From the IMG/VR virus record IMGVR_UViG_3300009156_000017: a DNA stretch of 40,245 bases; one strand, given 5' to 3'. The notes below the pieces were generated by a model, which saw only the letters and a list, made by a program, of their open reading frames with translations, was not told the origin of the DNA and did no database searches. A program made the translations under genes and the position numbers. The stretch comes from a virus. Below are positions 6,589 through 15,160 of the stretch, piece after piece (position 1 is the stretch's first letter; each line of letters starts with the position of its first letter).

Positions 6589-9081
6589 TTATTTGTAGTT
6601 TAAGTATCCATGAATAATATTGGTATCGGTCGCGACAGCTTCCTTCTGGCCCGTCATTCGAACTACGATCTTATGGCTGCCCTTAGGTAGGGTCCAGGTT
6701 TTTATGAGCTGGATGTTGTTGGTTGTTGTCGGTCCGTAGAGACTTAGTTTTTCTTCCTCGCCCTGGTCAATGGTCACCCCAGCATAACCGTGGTTGGCGG
6801 CCTTCTCAGAAAACCACTGCAGCGATGTACCCGTAAAGGAAAACTCAAAGTTGTTTCCCGTCGTGGTGGTAAAGGTCAGCGGCCCCGCCGAGGAGTTGAA
6901 CTTTGTCCACGCCCCTACATAACGCATCCTGCTGTCATCCAAGGGAACCGTTTCATAGTCTTCTTCTTGGTATACCAACTCCAAATTCTTGAATCGATAA
7001 CCTTCAAGGATGACGGCCTGAATTGTGGTGTCCTTTATTTTTGGAATCGAATCAACCGGCGGCACGTCGGGTATGGTATCCGTTGGGTCTGGTGGCACCG
7101 GGGGGGTTATGCCCGTAGGAACATAGCCGGGAACCCAGTCGTCGCCGGGTTGGTAGGCGCCCAGGTCTGGTCCTGTAGTTATGCCTGCAATTTGAAGGGC
7201 GCGACCCTTCGCCGGCGAGGTTGATTTTAACCTATATTTCAAACCGCCTTCGCCGGTCATGACAAATTGTGGATCCGTATTTTGTAAGCTGCTCTTCCCC
7301 GGCGGCGTTCCTTGCGAGGTTACCTGGCCTTTGAAGATGTTGTGCTGTTCGTCCGGTGGATTGCCATTGCCCCAATTAACATTTATAGGTTTCCACATGA
7401 TATTATTTCGCATCACGTCGTGCGGGGAATTTTCGTAAGTCGTATAGGTGTAGTGAGATTCGCTCGCGCAAGTATTGTTATAATAGTACGACGGACCTGC
7501 TATACGGTGCTCGAAGTGCATCTGGTTGTAAATATCCCCGACGTCCTGCGTCAAGCCCGTCCAATTGTTATAGAAAACATTGTGGTGTACCGTATAGGGA
7601 CCGGAGGCCTGGTCGAAATACGTTCCCCGTTGGCTGCCGTCGAGTTTGGCTCCTGTAGGATCCGCTTTGACCCCGTCGTCATGGAACCAGTTGTGATGTA
7701 TTACCGAGCCGGTAAGGTTACGGAAGCCCCAGGAATAAACCGCCCCCAGGTCGATGCTTAACATTCCCCAGCCGGAGCAGTCGTTGTATGAAACTATGAT
7801 ATTAAAGTTCTGGTGGGATCCCCCGCCGGTATAGCTGAATCCCATATCGATGGAGGAGCGGCCTGTGCGCCTGATGGTATTTCGCGTAAAGGTAACGTTG
7901 TCGTAATCGCCCCAGAAGGACATCGGTGCGCCCCAGGCGCCGTCGTAAGAAATATCTTCGAACAAATTATTTTCTACCCTTCCGTCCTGGCCTACCCAAA
8001 TGACGTGGGAGGCGCTCCAACGAAATTCAGAATTTTTTACAACGTTGTTTCTGCCAAGTAATTTTGTGCCGACCTCCTTGGCGTTACCGTAGCCAGGAAA
8101 AGCATCGGGATAGGTTAGCGAGTGGTTCATGAAACGGGCGCGGATGTTGTCGATGATCGTGCCGTCCGTATTGGTATCGCCGTGGGCAGGATCGCATCCG
8201 AAGAACTGCAGGCCTATGATTTTTATATTATCCTTTCCGCGAATATCGAAGCCCCAATTTCGGGCTTTATATTCCACGCCATGAGGAACGCCGCCGCCGG
8301 CCTGCCGAAAGTATAAAGTATTGTTTTCATAAAACCATTCCTTTTCAGCATCGAGCAGAACAAGTTTATCGCAGACATAATAGTACTTCCTGTAACGGTA
8401 GTTATCGCCCAGGTCATTATAGTTGAGCGTGTTGGTAGAAGGCTGGCTGTTAACGTTACGGGTATGGGGCCAGAACCAACCGTGGACGATCAACTTGGCG
8501 CCGCTCAATCCTGCTATCAGGCTATTGTCCTGCAGCGATGTTCTATCGAATCTTGACATTTGGGATACGTGGCGCATCTTAGAAATATTCATCAGGTCGG
8601 CTTCCGTTTGGATATTCGGATAGCGCGACAAAAACATCATGTTGCCGTCGTCAAAAATTTGATTTGCCAGTAGGGAAGTATTGCTGGTTATAACAGACTG
8701 CGGATTGGATAGCGTAACCGTTGTTTTATAGATCTGTCCGCTATGGACCGTCCAGGGGGTTGTTATTTGATTCAGTCCTCTGATTTCCACGGCAGCCCCT
8801 TCGGCAGCTTGGAAGGTTACGTCGTTGGATGCTGGCGTAGCCGTTTCCCTGTAGATGCCTTCACCTATGGTTATAACAGAACCGCTTGATGCTACGCTTG
8901 CTGCCTTGCTGATGGTAAGGAAAGGACTTGAAGCACTGCCGTTGTTTGAGTCGTTTCCTTCCTTGGCTACATACAAGGCCAGCCCGTATTGTGTCGGCTT
9001 TGTACATTGCCTGACGATGAATATCAGTAATACGATTAAAAGCACAACTCCGACGATGTAAAGAATTTTTCTTTTGGTCAT
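6589..9081 (-). CDS. Right-handed beta-helix (pectate-lyase-fold) glycanase/depolymerase with N-terminal membrane anchor or signal and C-terminal carbohydrate-binding-like domain (830 aa)
   Basis: The N-terminus MTKRKILYIVGVVLLIVLLIFIV is strongly hydrophobic. YVAKEGNDSNNGSASSPFLTISKAASVASSGSVITIGEGIYRE is the typical start of DUF1565/pectin-lyase-fold proteins. The C-terminal ~130 aa look like a beta-sandwich CBM. Confidence 0.65.
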   Translation of the reverse strand: MTKRKILYIVGVVLLIVLLIFIVRQCTKPTQYGLALYVAKEGNDSNNGSASSPFLTISKAASVASSGSVITIGEGIYRETATPASNDVTFQAAEGAAVEIRGLNQITTPWTVHSGQIYKTTVTLSNPQSVITSNTSLLANQIFDDGNMMFLSRYPNIQTEADLMNISKMRHVSQMSRFDRTSLQDNSLIAGLSGAKLIVHGWFWPHTRNVNSQPSTNTLNYNDLGDNYRYRKYYYVCDKLVLLDAEKEWFYENNTLYFRQAGGGVPHGVEYKARNWGFDIRGKDNIKIIGLQFFGCDPAHGDTNTDGTIIDNIRARFMNHSLTYPDAFPGYGNAKEVGTKLLGRNNVVKNSEFRWSASHVIWVGQDGRVENNLFEDISYDGAWGAPMSFWGDYDNVTFTRNTIRRTGRSSIDMGFSYTGGGSHQNFNIIVSYNDCSGWGMLSIDLGAVYSWGFRNLTGSVIHHNWFHDDGVKADPTGAKLDGSQRGTYFDQASGPYTVHHNVFYNNWTGLTQDVGDIYNQMHFEHRIAGPSYYYNNTCASESHYTYTTYENSPHDVMRNNIMWKPINVNWGNGNPPDEQHNIFKGQVTSQGTPPGKSSLQNTDPQFVMTGEGGLKYRLKSTSPAKGRALQIAGITTGPDLGAYQPGDDWVPGYVPTGITPPVPPDPTDTIPDVPPVDSIPKIKDTTIQAVILEGYRFKNLELVYQEEDYETVPLDDSRMRYVGAWTKFNSSAGPLTFTTTTGNNFEFSFTGTSLQWFSEKAANHGYAGVTIDQGEEEKLSLYGPTTTNNIQLIKTWTLPKGSHKIVVRMTGQKEAVATDTNIIHGYLNYK

Positions 9082-9099
9082 GGCCTTGGGTTTAGAATG

Positions 9100-9492
9100 T
9101 TAAACTGAGGTAGGGTCGTTAATAAAATCTACCGTTGACCCTCTTAACAGGTAGGTTTGTTTTGTTATCTGTTCAAATTTTCCTGACGATATTAAAAATG
9201 CAATGGTGGTTGCTACATCGGTATCCCAAACCGGCTGCCCTTTTAAAAACATTAACATTTGTGCCGACCAATCCGTATAGTTTTGATTGTTTGGAAAACT
9301 TAAAATTGCATAGGCTAAAAATACTTGCCTAGCCCACTGGTTGGGCGTTAGTCCGGCGGTATTTCCTGCCGTTCCGTTTTGACCTCCTAAATAGGTTGCT
9401 TCATCTTTGACAAATTGTTTAGCAAGGTTTTGATATTCCGGGCTTGCTTCCAATTGCAAAACCTGTTCCTGTGTGATTGGTGTTTGTGCCAT
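9100..9492 (-). CDS. Hypothetical tail-fiber-associated protein (130 aa)
   Basis: ATG ORF in the tail fiber cluster. No motif recognised. Confidence 0.55.
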   Translation of the reverse strand: MAQTPITQEQVLQLEASPEYQNLAKQFVKDEATYLGGQNGTAGNTAGLTPNQWARQVFLAYAILSFPNNQNYTDWSAQMLMFLKGQPVWDTDVATTIAFLISSGKFEQITKQTYLLRGSTVDFINDPTSV

Positions 9493-9523
9493 AGTTATAT
9501 TTTTTATTTGTTTAGTATAGTCA

Positions 9524-10129
9524 TTACGTTGCGCCTAAAATTTGTACTCTGGTTATGCGTGTATTTGCCGGAACGCCGCCGCCCCACGTTAAAGTAAATC
9601 CCTCCGTTATCGGTTCGAAGTATTGTTTATAAACCGATTGAAGATTAAATCCTGCATTAAGTGCAATGGTAAAATCGGAAGGCGTCAAAGTTCGCGAAGT
9701 GGCATTGATAGCGCCGACCGTTGTAAAGTAAATTAATATCACTGAATTTTTTTGTATTGCAATCGCTGGAAGCGGAGTTGGTGCCGTAGCATATTCGTAA
9801 AGGGTTGCGTCTATATATCCCAACGTACCGGCTACTACCATACATTGACAATTATGGTTTGAACCGCCTGGAATTGTGTATGTCCACGATGTTTCTCCCG
9901 GTTTTACAACCCTTGCCATAGATAAAAGCCCCGACACGTTACCAATAACAGTCCAACCGGTAGTACTTGAAGCCGTACCGGTAGATGACCTATGGTTCAA
10001 AAAAATAGTGTCTCCCGGCTCCGCTGTACCCGCAGAAAAAGTAATTGTTTGCACCCCGGCAACCGGCGAAAATTGCTGTGCAAATCTAAAAATACTTCCT
10101 TGCGTAACTCGTTTTCTTAATGCTAACAT
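9524..10129 (-). CDS. Hypothetical tail-fiber-associated protein (201 aa)
   Basis: ATG ORF starting immediately after the tail fiber stop. Ser/Thr/Gly-rich beta-type composition. Confidence 0.55.
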   Translation of the reverse strand: MLALRKRVTQGSIFRFAQQFSPVAGVQTITFSAGTAEPGDTIFLNHRSSTGTASSTTGWTVIGNVSGLLSMARVVKPGETSWTYTIPGGSNHNCQCMVVAGTLGYIDATLYEYATAPTPLPAIAIQKNSVILIYFTTVGAINATSRTLTPSDFTIALNAGFNLQSVYKQYFEPITEGFTLTWGGGVPANTRITRVQILGAT

Positions 10130-10131
10130 TT

Positions 10132-13100
10132 TTATACGTATTTAGAACTTATACAACGCCAAACGGAACCACGTTTTAAACCTTGTATTTCGTACTCGGT
10201 ATTTGTCGCCCCCGTTAACGTTAAAAGCTTTGTTGAAGAATTCCATCGGCCCAATGTAACTTCGCCAGTTTCAAAAACAAAAGTTGAAGGCATTGTAATT
10301 ACAACGGTCCCGGTAACTGCAAATTGAAGTACAAAAACTTTTGCTATTGTTTCCGTAACTGTTAAAGTACAGTTTGCACTTATCGTCGTTGAAACATTAA
10401 AAATAGCTTCGACTAGACCGGCAAAATTTAAATTTAAAGTTCCCGCCGATACTGCCGCACTAAGGGTTTGCGGTCGTCCTGTTAAACTTATTCGCGCATT
10501 GGGCGTAGTGAAAAATAAATCGCCGGTTGTAGAATCAAATTCTATAGCGCCGGTTTCCGTTGTAGACAGTAACGGCCCTTGTTCCATTTTCAACGGTGCC
10601 CCGTTCGGGGTACTTTGTCCAGCCGGTATATGTAGCCTTGCCGTTGGCGCTTTAACATATAAACCGATTCTCCCTGGCGAAATCGTTGTACCTGTTCCAT
10701 CATTAGCAACGCCGTAAATTGCGTTTTGTATTGATAGTTGGTTGTTATCTGTCGCAACGGCTACATAAGCCCAACGACCAATAACAACGTTATAGCTACC
10801 CGTTGTTATATTTGCGCCTGCGTTTAGACCTAACAAAGTATTACCGCCGCCAGTACTTACAAGGTTGCCAGCCCCTTTTCCTACGGCGGTATTTTCTGAC
10901 GCGCCGTTTTGTGTTTTTAAGGCTTCACCTCCGACGGCTGTATTTTCTGAACCGCTCACCTCGGACCATAGTGCGGTATCACCTAACGCAACGTTACGGA
11001 TAGTGTTAAGAGCATTAAATAAGGCCGCACCGCCGATTGCAAGGTTATAGATACCCGTAAGTTTATGCCCTGCCTCTCTTCCTATACCAATATTTCCAGA
11101 ACCGGCGTTAGCTTCGCGCATGGACCTGTAGCCTATACCGATACAAGTTGAACCGGTAATATTATTTAGTAATGCTTCATAACCTATTGCGATATTTTCC
11201 TGGCCTGTTGTGTTTTCTTGCAAGGCATTTGCACCGATAGCATTATTTGATCCTCCCGTTGTTACTTTACTTAATGCCTGCAGACCGATCCCAAGATTTA
11301 CCCCTCCCGTCGTTGTAAGATTACCGGCAAGCCTGCCAAGGAAAATACTTTCCAATGCATTCTTAACATAGAGTCTGGCGTTACCTATCAAAAACAGTTT
11401 ATCCGTTTTATCCCATTTCAATTCCGAATCGCCAGCAAAAAGACCGCCATCGTTAAATTGAATGGCCGTATCAGGTGAGCCCGGCGCAATGGGTACGCCT
11501 TGCATGACACGAATAATACATTTTTGACCGGTTAGCATTATCACACCGCTATTTTGGAAAACAGTTACCGGGATGGTCCAATAGCTGCCGTCATCGGTAG
11601 GCGTTGCACTCACTTTGGCACGTAGCCAGCGCGTTGCATCGTTTTGTTGTTGGATAAAAAATGAATCGCCAACGACTAAGGTACTAAAGAAATATCCGGC
11701 ATCAACGGATTCACTTGACGTCTGTGAAATATAAAGATTTGTAACGGCAGACATCGTTCCGTTGTTCATTCGAAACCGTCCGGTGATTGGCGGCGGTGCA
11801 GTGTTAGAATTATATTCCCAAATGCCTCGGGCTGTTCCGGCAATGCCTCCAAGCTGATTATCAACATAGGCCTTGTCAATTAATGACCGTTGCCCAAAGT
11901 TTGCCGAATAGTCATCGAAGTATTTTAATCCTTCTGCTGCCGACTTTACTATAAAATCCTTGTCGTCGGCATCTATTGTCGTTGCTTCTGTTAACGTGCC
12001 GCCAAGTTTTATTTTCCCAGTGCCAGGATCAATGGTCAAACCGTTTTCAACTTCGACCGGTTCACTGCCGCCGGAAGATATAACCCATACGCTATCCGTT
12101 GTATCCCAAATGTAACGGGCCGCCGGTTCTCCTACCACGTCAACGTCGGCATAGTCGCCGGGGTCGGCTGTTGGATATGCTGCAATCAATGCTGCTTCAT
12201 TTGGGTAAAGTCCTTTGAAATGTCCTGCCGAACTTGCTGCATTGTCGACATAAGCCTTGTCAACTAATGATCGCGCAACAAAATTTCCTGAATAGTCCGC
12301 GAAATATTTTGCACCTGCGAAGCCTGCGCCCAATCCTTTCAAAAGAATTTCCAACGGCGTTAACTGTATATCGGTTTCAGTCGGCCCGGCTGGATTGGTA
12401 TTTTGTGATTGTAACGTAACGGCATTTTTAGAATGTACTATAGCTGTACGCAAAAACTCGGCGGCATTTTCAACCACTAAGTTATTGCCCGATGCGTTTT
12501 GATAAATCATCGCATAAGCACCGCCGGCCTCATCGGTTAAAATCTTGAATGTGCCTACGCCGATAATTTCAAAATCAAGGGAATTTTTATCTATGGATGT
12601 TAAGGTATCTACCAACGGACCACCTAGATTTATCTTGCCGGTTACTACATCTACATGCAAACCGTTTTCTGCCGTCGAAGTTCCTGACGATGCAACCCAT
12701 AGGCTATCGTCGGTGTCCCAGATATAACGCAAGGCATTGGATCCAGGAACGTCAACGTCGGCATAATCCCCAGGCATCCCTACAGGAACAGAAACATTTA
12801 ACGCCGCTGCGTTGGGATAAAAGCCCCTGTAGTGCTGCTCAGAACTTAGCTTCGCATAGCTGTTTAGGTCGCTATGATCGGGGCCGAGGTAAATGTAGGA
12901 CGTCCCGGTATCGCCGACGTAAGCAATGTACCCTATCGGTAGGGTTGTATTTGCCAGCATCGCCGCCTGGTTGGGATAGCTTACAGAAGGAACAGTGCCG
13001 TTAAGAAGGGCAAGGGCCTCCTGTAGCTCCGCCGCCTTGGCTATACCCGTCACAGGGTCGGCATGAAAGATCAACCTTGTCAGCGTCGGCAGCTGTCGTG

Positions 13101-13140
13101 GAATGTTTTCTGATTGGTTTATTTTCGATGGACCTGGCAT
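10132..13140 (-). CDS. Tail fiber / receptor-binding protein with internal duplications and YadA-head-like repeats (1002 aa)
   Basis: Duplicated module HYRGFYPNAAAL..GDYADVDV..RYIWDT..ENGL..KINLGG..KAYVDN (aa ~103-300 and ~307-428). A run of GxxALxxNTTGxxNxAxG-type repeats lies at aa ~600-790. Confidence 0.8.
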   Translation of the reverse strand: MPGPSKINQSENIPRQLPTLTRLIFHADPVTGIAKAAELQEALALLNGTVPSVSYPNQAAMLANTTLPIGYIAYVGDTGTSYIYLGPDHSDLNSYAKLSSEQHYRGFYPNAAALNVSVPVGMPGDYADVDVPGSNALRYIWDTDDSLWVASSGTSTAENGLHVDVVTGKINLGGPLVDTLTSIDKNSLDFEIIGVGTFKILTDEAGGAYAMIYQNASGNNLVVENAAEFLRTAIVHSKNAVTLQSQNTNPAGPTETDIQLTPLEILLKGLGAGFAGAKYFADYSGNFVARSLVDKAYVDNAASSAGHFKGLYPNEAALIAAYPTADPGDYADVDVVGEPAARYIWDTTDSVWVISSGGSEPVEVENGLTIDPGTGKIKLGGTLTEATTIDADDKDFIVKSAAEGLKYFDDYSANFGQRSLIDKAYVDNQLGGIAGTARGIWEYNSNTAPPPITGRFRMNNGTMSAVTNLYISQTSSESVDAGYFFSTLVVGDSFFIQQQNDATRWLRAKVSATPTDDGSYWTIPVTVFQNSGVIMLTGQKCIIRVMQGVPIAPGSPDTAIQFNDGGLFAGDSELKWDKTDKLFLIGNARLYVKNALESIFLGRLAGNLTTTGGVNLGIGLQALSKVTTGGSNNAIGANALQENTTGQENIAIGYEALLNNITGSTCIGIGYRSMREANAGSGNIGIGREAGHKLTGIYNLAIGGAALFNALNTIRNVALGDTALWSEVSGSENTAVGGEALKTQNGASENTAVGKGAGNLVSTGGGNTLLGLNAGANITTGSYNVVIGRWAYVAVATDNNQLSIQNAIYGVANDGTGTTISPGRIGLYVKAPTARLHIPAGQSTPNGAPLKMEQGPLLSTTETGAIEFDSTTGDLFFTTPNARISLTGRPQTLSAAVSAGTLNLNFAGLVEAIFNVSTTISANCTLTVTETIAKVFVLQFAVTGTVVITMPSTFVFETGEVTLGRWNSSTKLLTLTGATNTEYEIQGLKRGSVWRCISSKYV

Positions 13141-13147
13141 ACCGTTT

Positions 13148-15157
13148 TTAGTTTTGTTCTACGTTTACAATGAGTGTATCGTCAGCATTAAAAATGTTTA
13201 CAAAGGTTACTACCCCATATCTAGGGAAGATCGTTTCCATAGATGCACCGTTGACGAAGATGTTAAAAGTCTTGCTGCCTGTTTGAATCGATCCGTTTAC
13301 TATGATCCAAGAATGCGACGGAACAGCCTGCCATTGGTCTGTAGGGTTTGCCGTTACTACGTTTACATTTCTGGACCCGCCGTGACCGGGAACAGCAATC
13401 CAGTCAGGAGAAACCGACAGCATAACGTCCGGCGGCGGTGGAGGTGGTGCCGATTGCGTTACATTTATATCCTTGAAAATTGCCGGATTACTTTGCAAGG
13501 TTAAACGAACGACGCCTACCCTAGCCGTTGGGCCTGGATTGGCGGACGGAGCCGTGATTCTAATTTTTGTGAATCCAGATTCCTTTGCCGCCGTGAAAGC
13601 AAAACCGGATGGCGTTGATATATTCCAATCACCGGATGAAGAAACATCCAACAATTGATTTGATCCCGATGGCTGTGGCAACGTTACTTCGTAAGAACTA
13701 ACATCCAGGTATTCCGCCGGCGGTGCTGCACCTAATTGGTTGATGGTGAACGTTGCCGTTAATCCGTCTAAGGAATCAGACACGGCCAAAAATGTGAATG
13801 ATCGTGGGATGGTGGATGGATTACCACTAACTGAAAAGCTCACCACCTCGCCATCAATAAAAGTTTCCTTATCAACACTTATCCCTGGCGGTATCGATAC
13901 GAAGTGAAAAACTCCCAGCGTGTTGGTTCTAAAGGTAGGACCTAACAATGCACCAACCGGCGAAACGCTACTAACTGCCGGCGGTTCGAAATAGGCCAGG
14001 AGGTCTATGGTAAAGCTATCGGTTTTTTTAGCGCGATCATTTTTCTGGCGGAGACTTACAACGTAGGTTCCAAGGTCGAGGCGATCGATCGTTTCAAAGT
14101 TTCCGAAGTTTTCAATCTCCCACTCGTAGCCGTTTATAATTTTAACATCATGGCTCAGGGCCATTTGAACTTTGTCAGCAAGCCAAGATGGCATGTTGTA
14201 GAATGAGATCTCCACCTGGCGGTACGGTATAGCGCGAAGCATGCGCGGGATCCCACGGTCGCTTATATCGACATCGACCTCGCCGGCGGGAGCGAACTTG
14301 TAGAAGTCTGCGGGGATACGGACAATATTTGTCCAATCAAAAAGATAAACGTAGTTCCAAAGGTCCTCCCTGTTGTAGGTACCGTTGTGCCGGTATTCCA
14401 AGGCGAGGGTTTCTTCATGCACTTCGGCAACAGCCAAGGGCTCGGAGGTAAAGGATACATCGTAGAGAGCGATCCCATGTTCGCGGCGGATAAAATATGT
14501 TCCTGGAACCAGGGCGGCCAGCGAGATAAGTTGGGTGTAAAGATTGGCTTCCTTCTCATCGTAGGCGATCTCCACCAGGCCCTGCACTGGATTTATCAGG
14601 GTAACATCCTGGTCGATAAGGTAGCCCTCCGCCTGCAAGGTCGGGTTCCAACGGATCTCCGTTATTTCGCCCGCCGCAAAGTTCACCCCGTCGTAACTAT
14701 ACCGCACAAGGTCGCCTGGCATAGCGTTGATATTTGGCAGGCGCCCCTCGTAGGAGATGAGCTCGCCTGGTACGGTGAAATCCTCGTCGGTATATTCCTG
14801 GGTGTCGCTGAAATAAATAAACAGTTTGTCCTCTATAGAGGAAAACATGCAGGTGGACCGATAGAATTTATTTCTGTAGTCAACGGCAACGCTAGGGAAC
14901 ATGTCAGGACCGTAGGGAGTATCGTGGCAGTCTACAATGCGCACCCGGTTCTGGGGGAAGTTGGAATAAAATTGTATCCGTATGGGATCGGTCTTTTCAA
15001 ACTTCTGCTTATAGGTTTTCCCATCGTCGACGGTGGCGTGTTTTGTCTGCGCATACCTCCGCTGATCAAAGTTTGCACGCACTCCGGTCGGCTCCGAGTC
15101 AAGGGTAAACTTGATCGGGTTTGCAACTGCGTCCTCTATGATAAACTCTAGTTCCAT
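13148..15157 (-). CDS. Tail/baseplate protein with two C-terminal BACON/Ig-like domains (669 aa)
   Basis: Position between tail proteins and the fiber. The C-terminal ~195 aa form two Ig-like units split by a PPPPPP linker (DVSSSGDWNIS...RVGVVRLTL and SVSPDWIAV...SHSWIIVNG...RYGVVTF). Confidence 0.65.
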   Translation of the reverse strand: MELEFIIEDAVANPIKFTLDSEPTGVRANFDQRRYAQTKHATVDDGKTYKQKFEKTDPIRIQFYSNFPQNRVRIVDCHDTPYGPDMFPSVAVDYRNKFYRSTCMFSSIEDKLFIYFSDTQEYTDEDFTVPGELISYEGRLPNINAMPGDLVRYSYDGVNFAAGEITEIRWNPTLQAEGYLIDQDVTLINPVQGLVEIAYDEKEANLYTQLISLAALVPGTYFIRREHGIALYDVSFTSEPLAVAEVHEETLALEYRHNGTYNREDLWNYVYLFDWTNIVRIPADFYKFAPAGEVDVDISDRGIPRMLRAIPYRQVEISFYNMPSWLADKVQMALSHDVKIINGYEWEIENFGNFETIDRLDLGTYVVSLRQKNDRAKKTDSFTIDLLAYFEPPAVSSVSPVGALLGPTFRTNTLGVFHFVSIPPGISVDKETFIDGEVVSFSVSGNPSTIPRSFTFLAVSDSLDGLTATFTINQLGAAPPAEYLDVSSYEVTLPQPSGSNQLLDVSSSGDWNISTPSGFAFTAAKESGFTKIRITAPSANPGPTARVGVVRLTLQSNPAIFKDINVTQSAPPPPPPDVMLSVSPDWIAVPGHGGSRNVNVVTANPTDQWQAVPSHSWIIVNGSIQTGSKTFNIFVNGASMETIFPRYGVVTFVNIFNADDTLIVNVEQN

Positions 15158-15160
15158 TTT

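Noticed and set aside
6790-8623. Several plus-strand ORFs (64-149 aa) antisense to the beta-helix gene
   Set aside because: They are nested in a continuous 830-aa gene with a recognisable fold signature. They have Arg/Gly/Val-rich antisense-type composition.
10132-13140. Diversity-generating retroelement (template/variable repeat pair) in the tail fiber
   Set aside because: The internal repeats are diverged in-frame protein module duplications, not a near-identical TR/VR pair with adenine-specific differences. No reverse transcriptase gene is present in the genome.
14387-15151. 254-aa plus-strand ORF
   Set aside because: It lies entirely antisense within the 669-aa tail protein gene, which fits the operon. 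Its composition is atypical and it has no start context.
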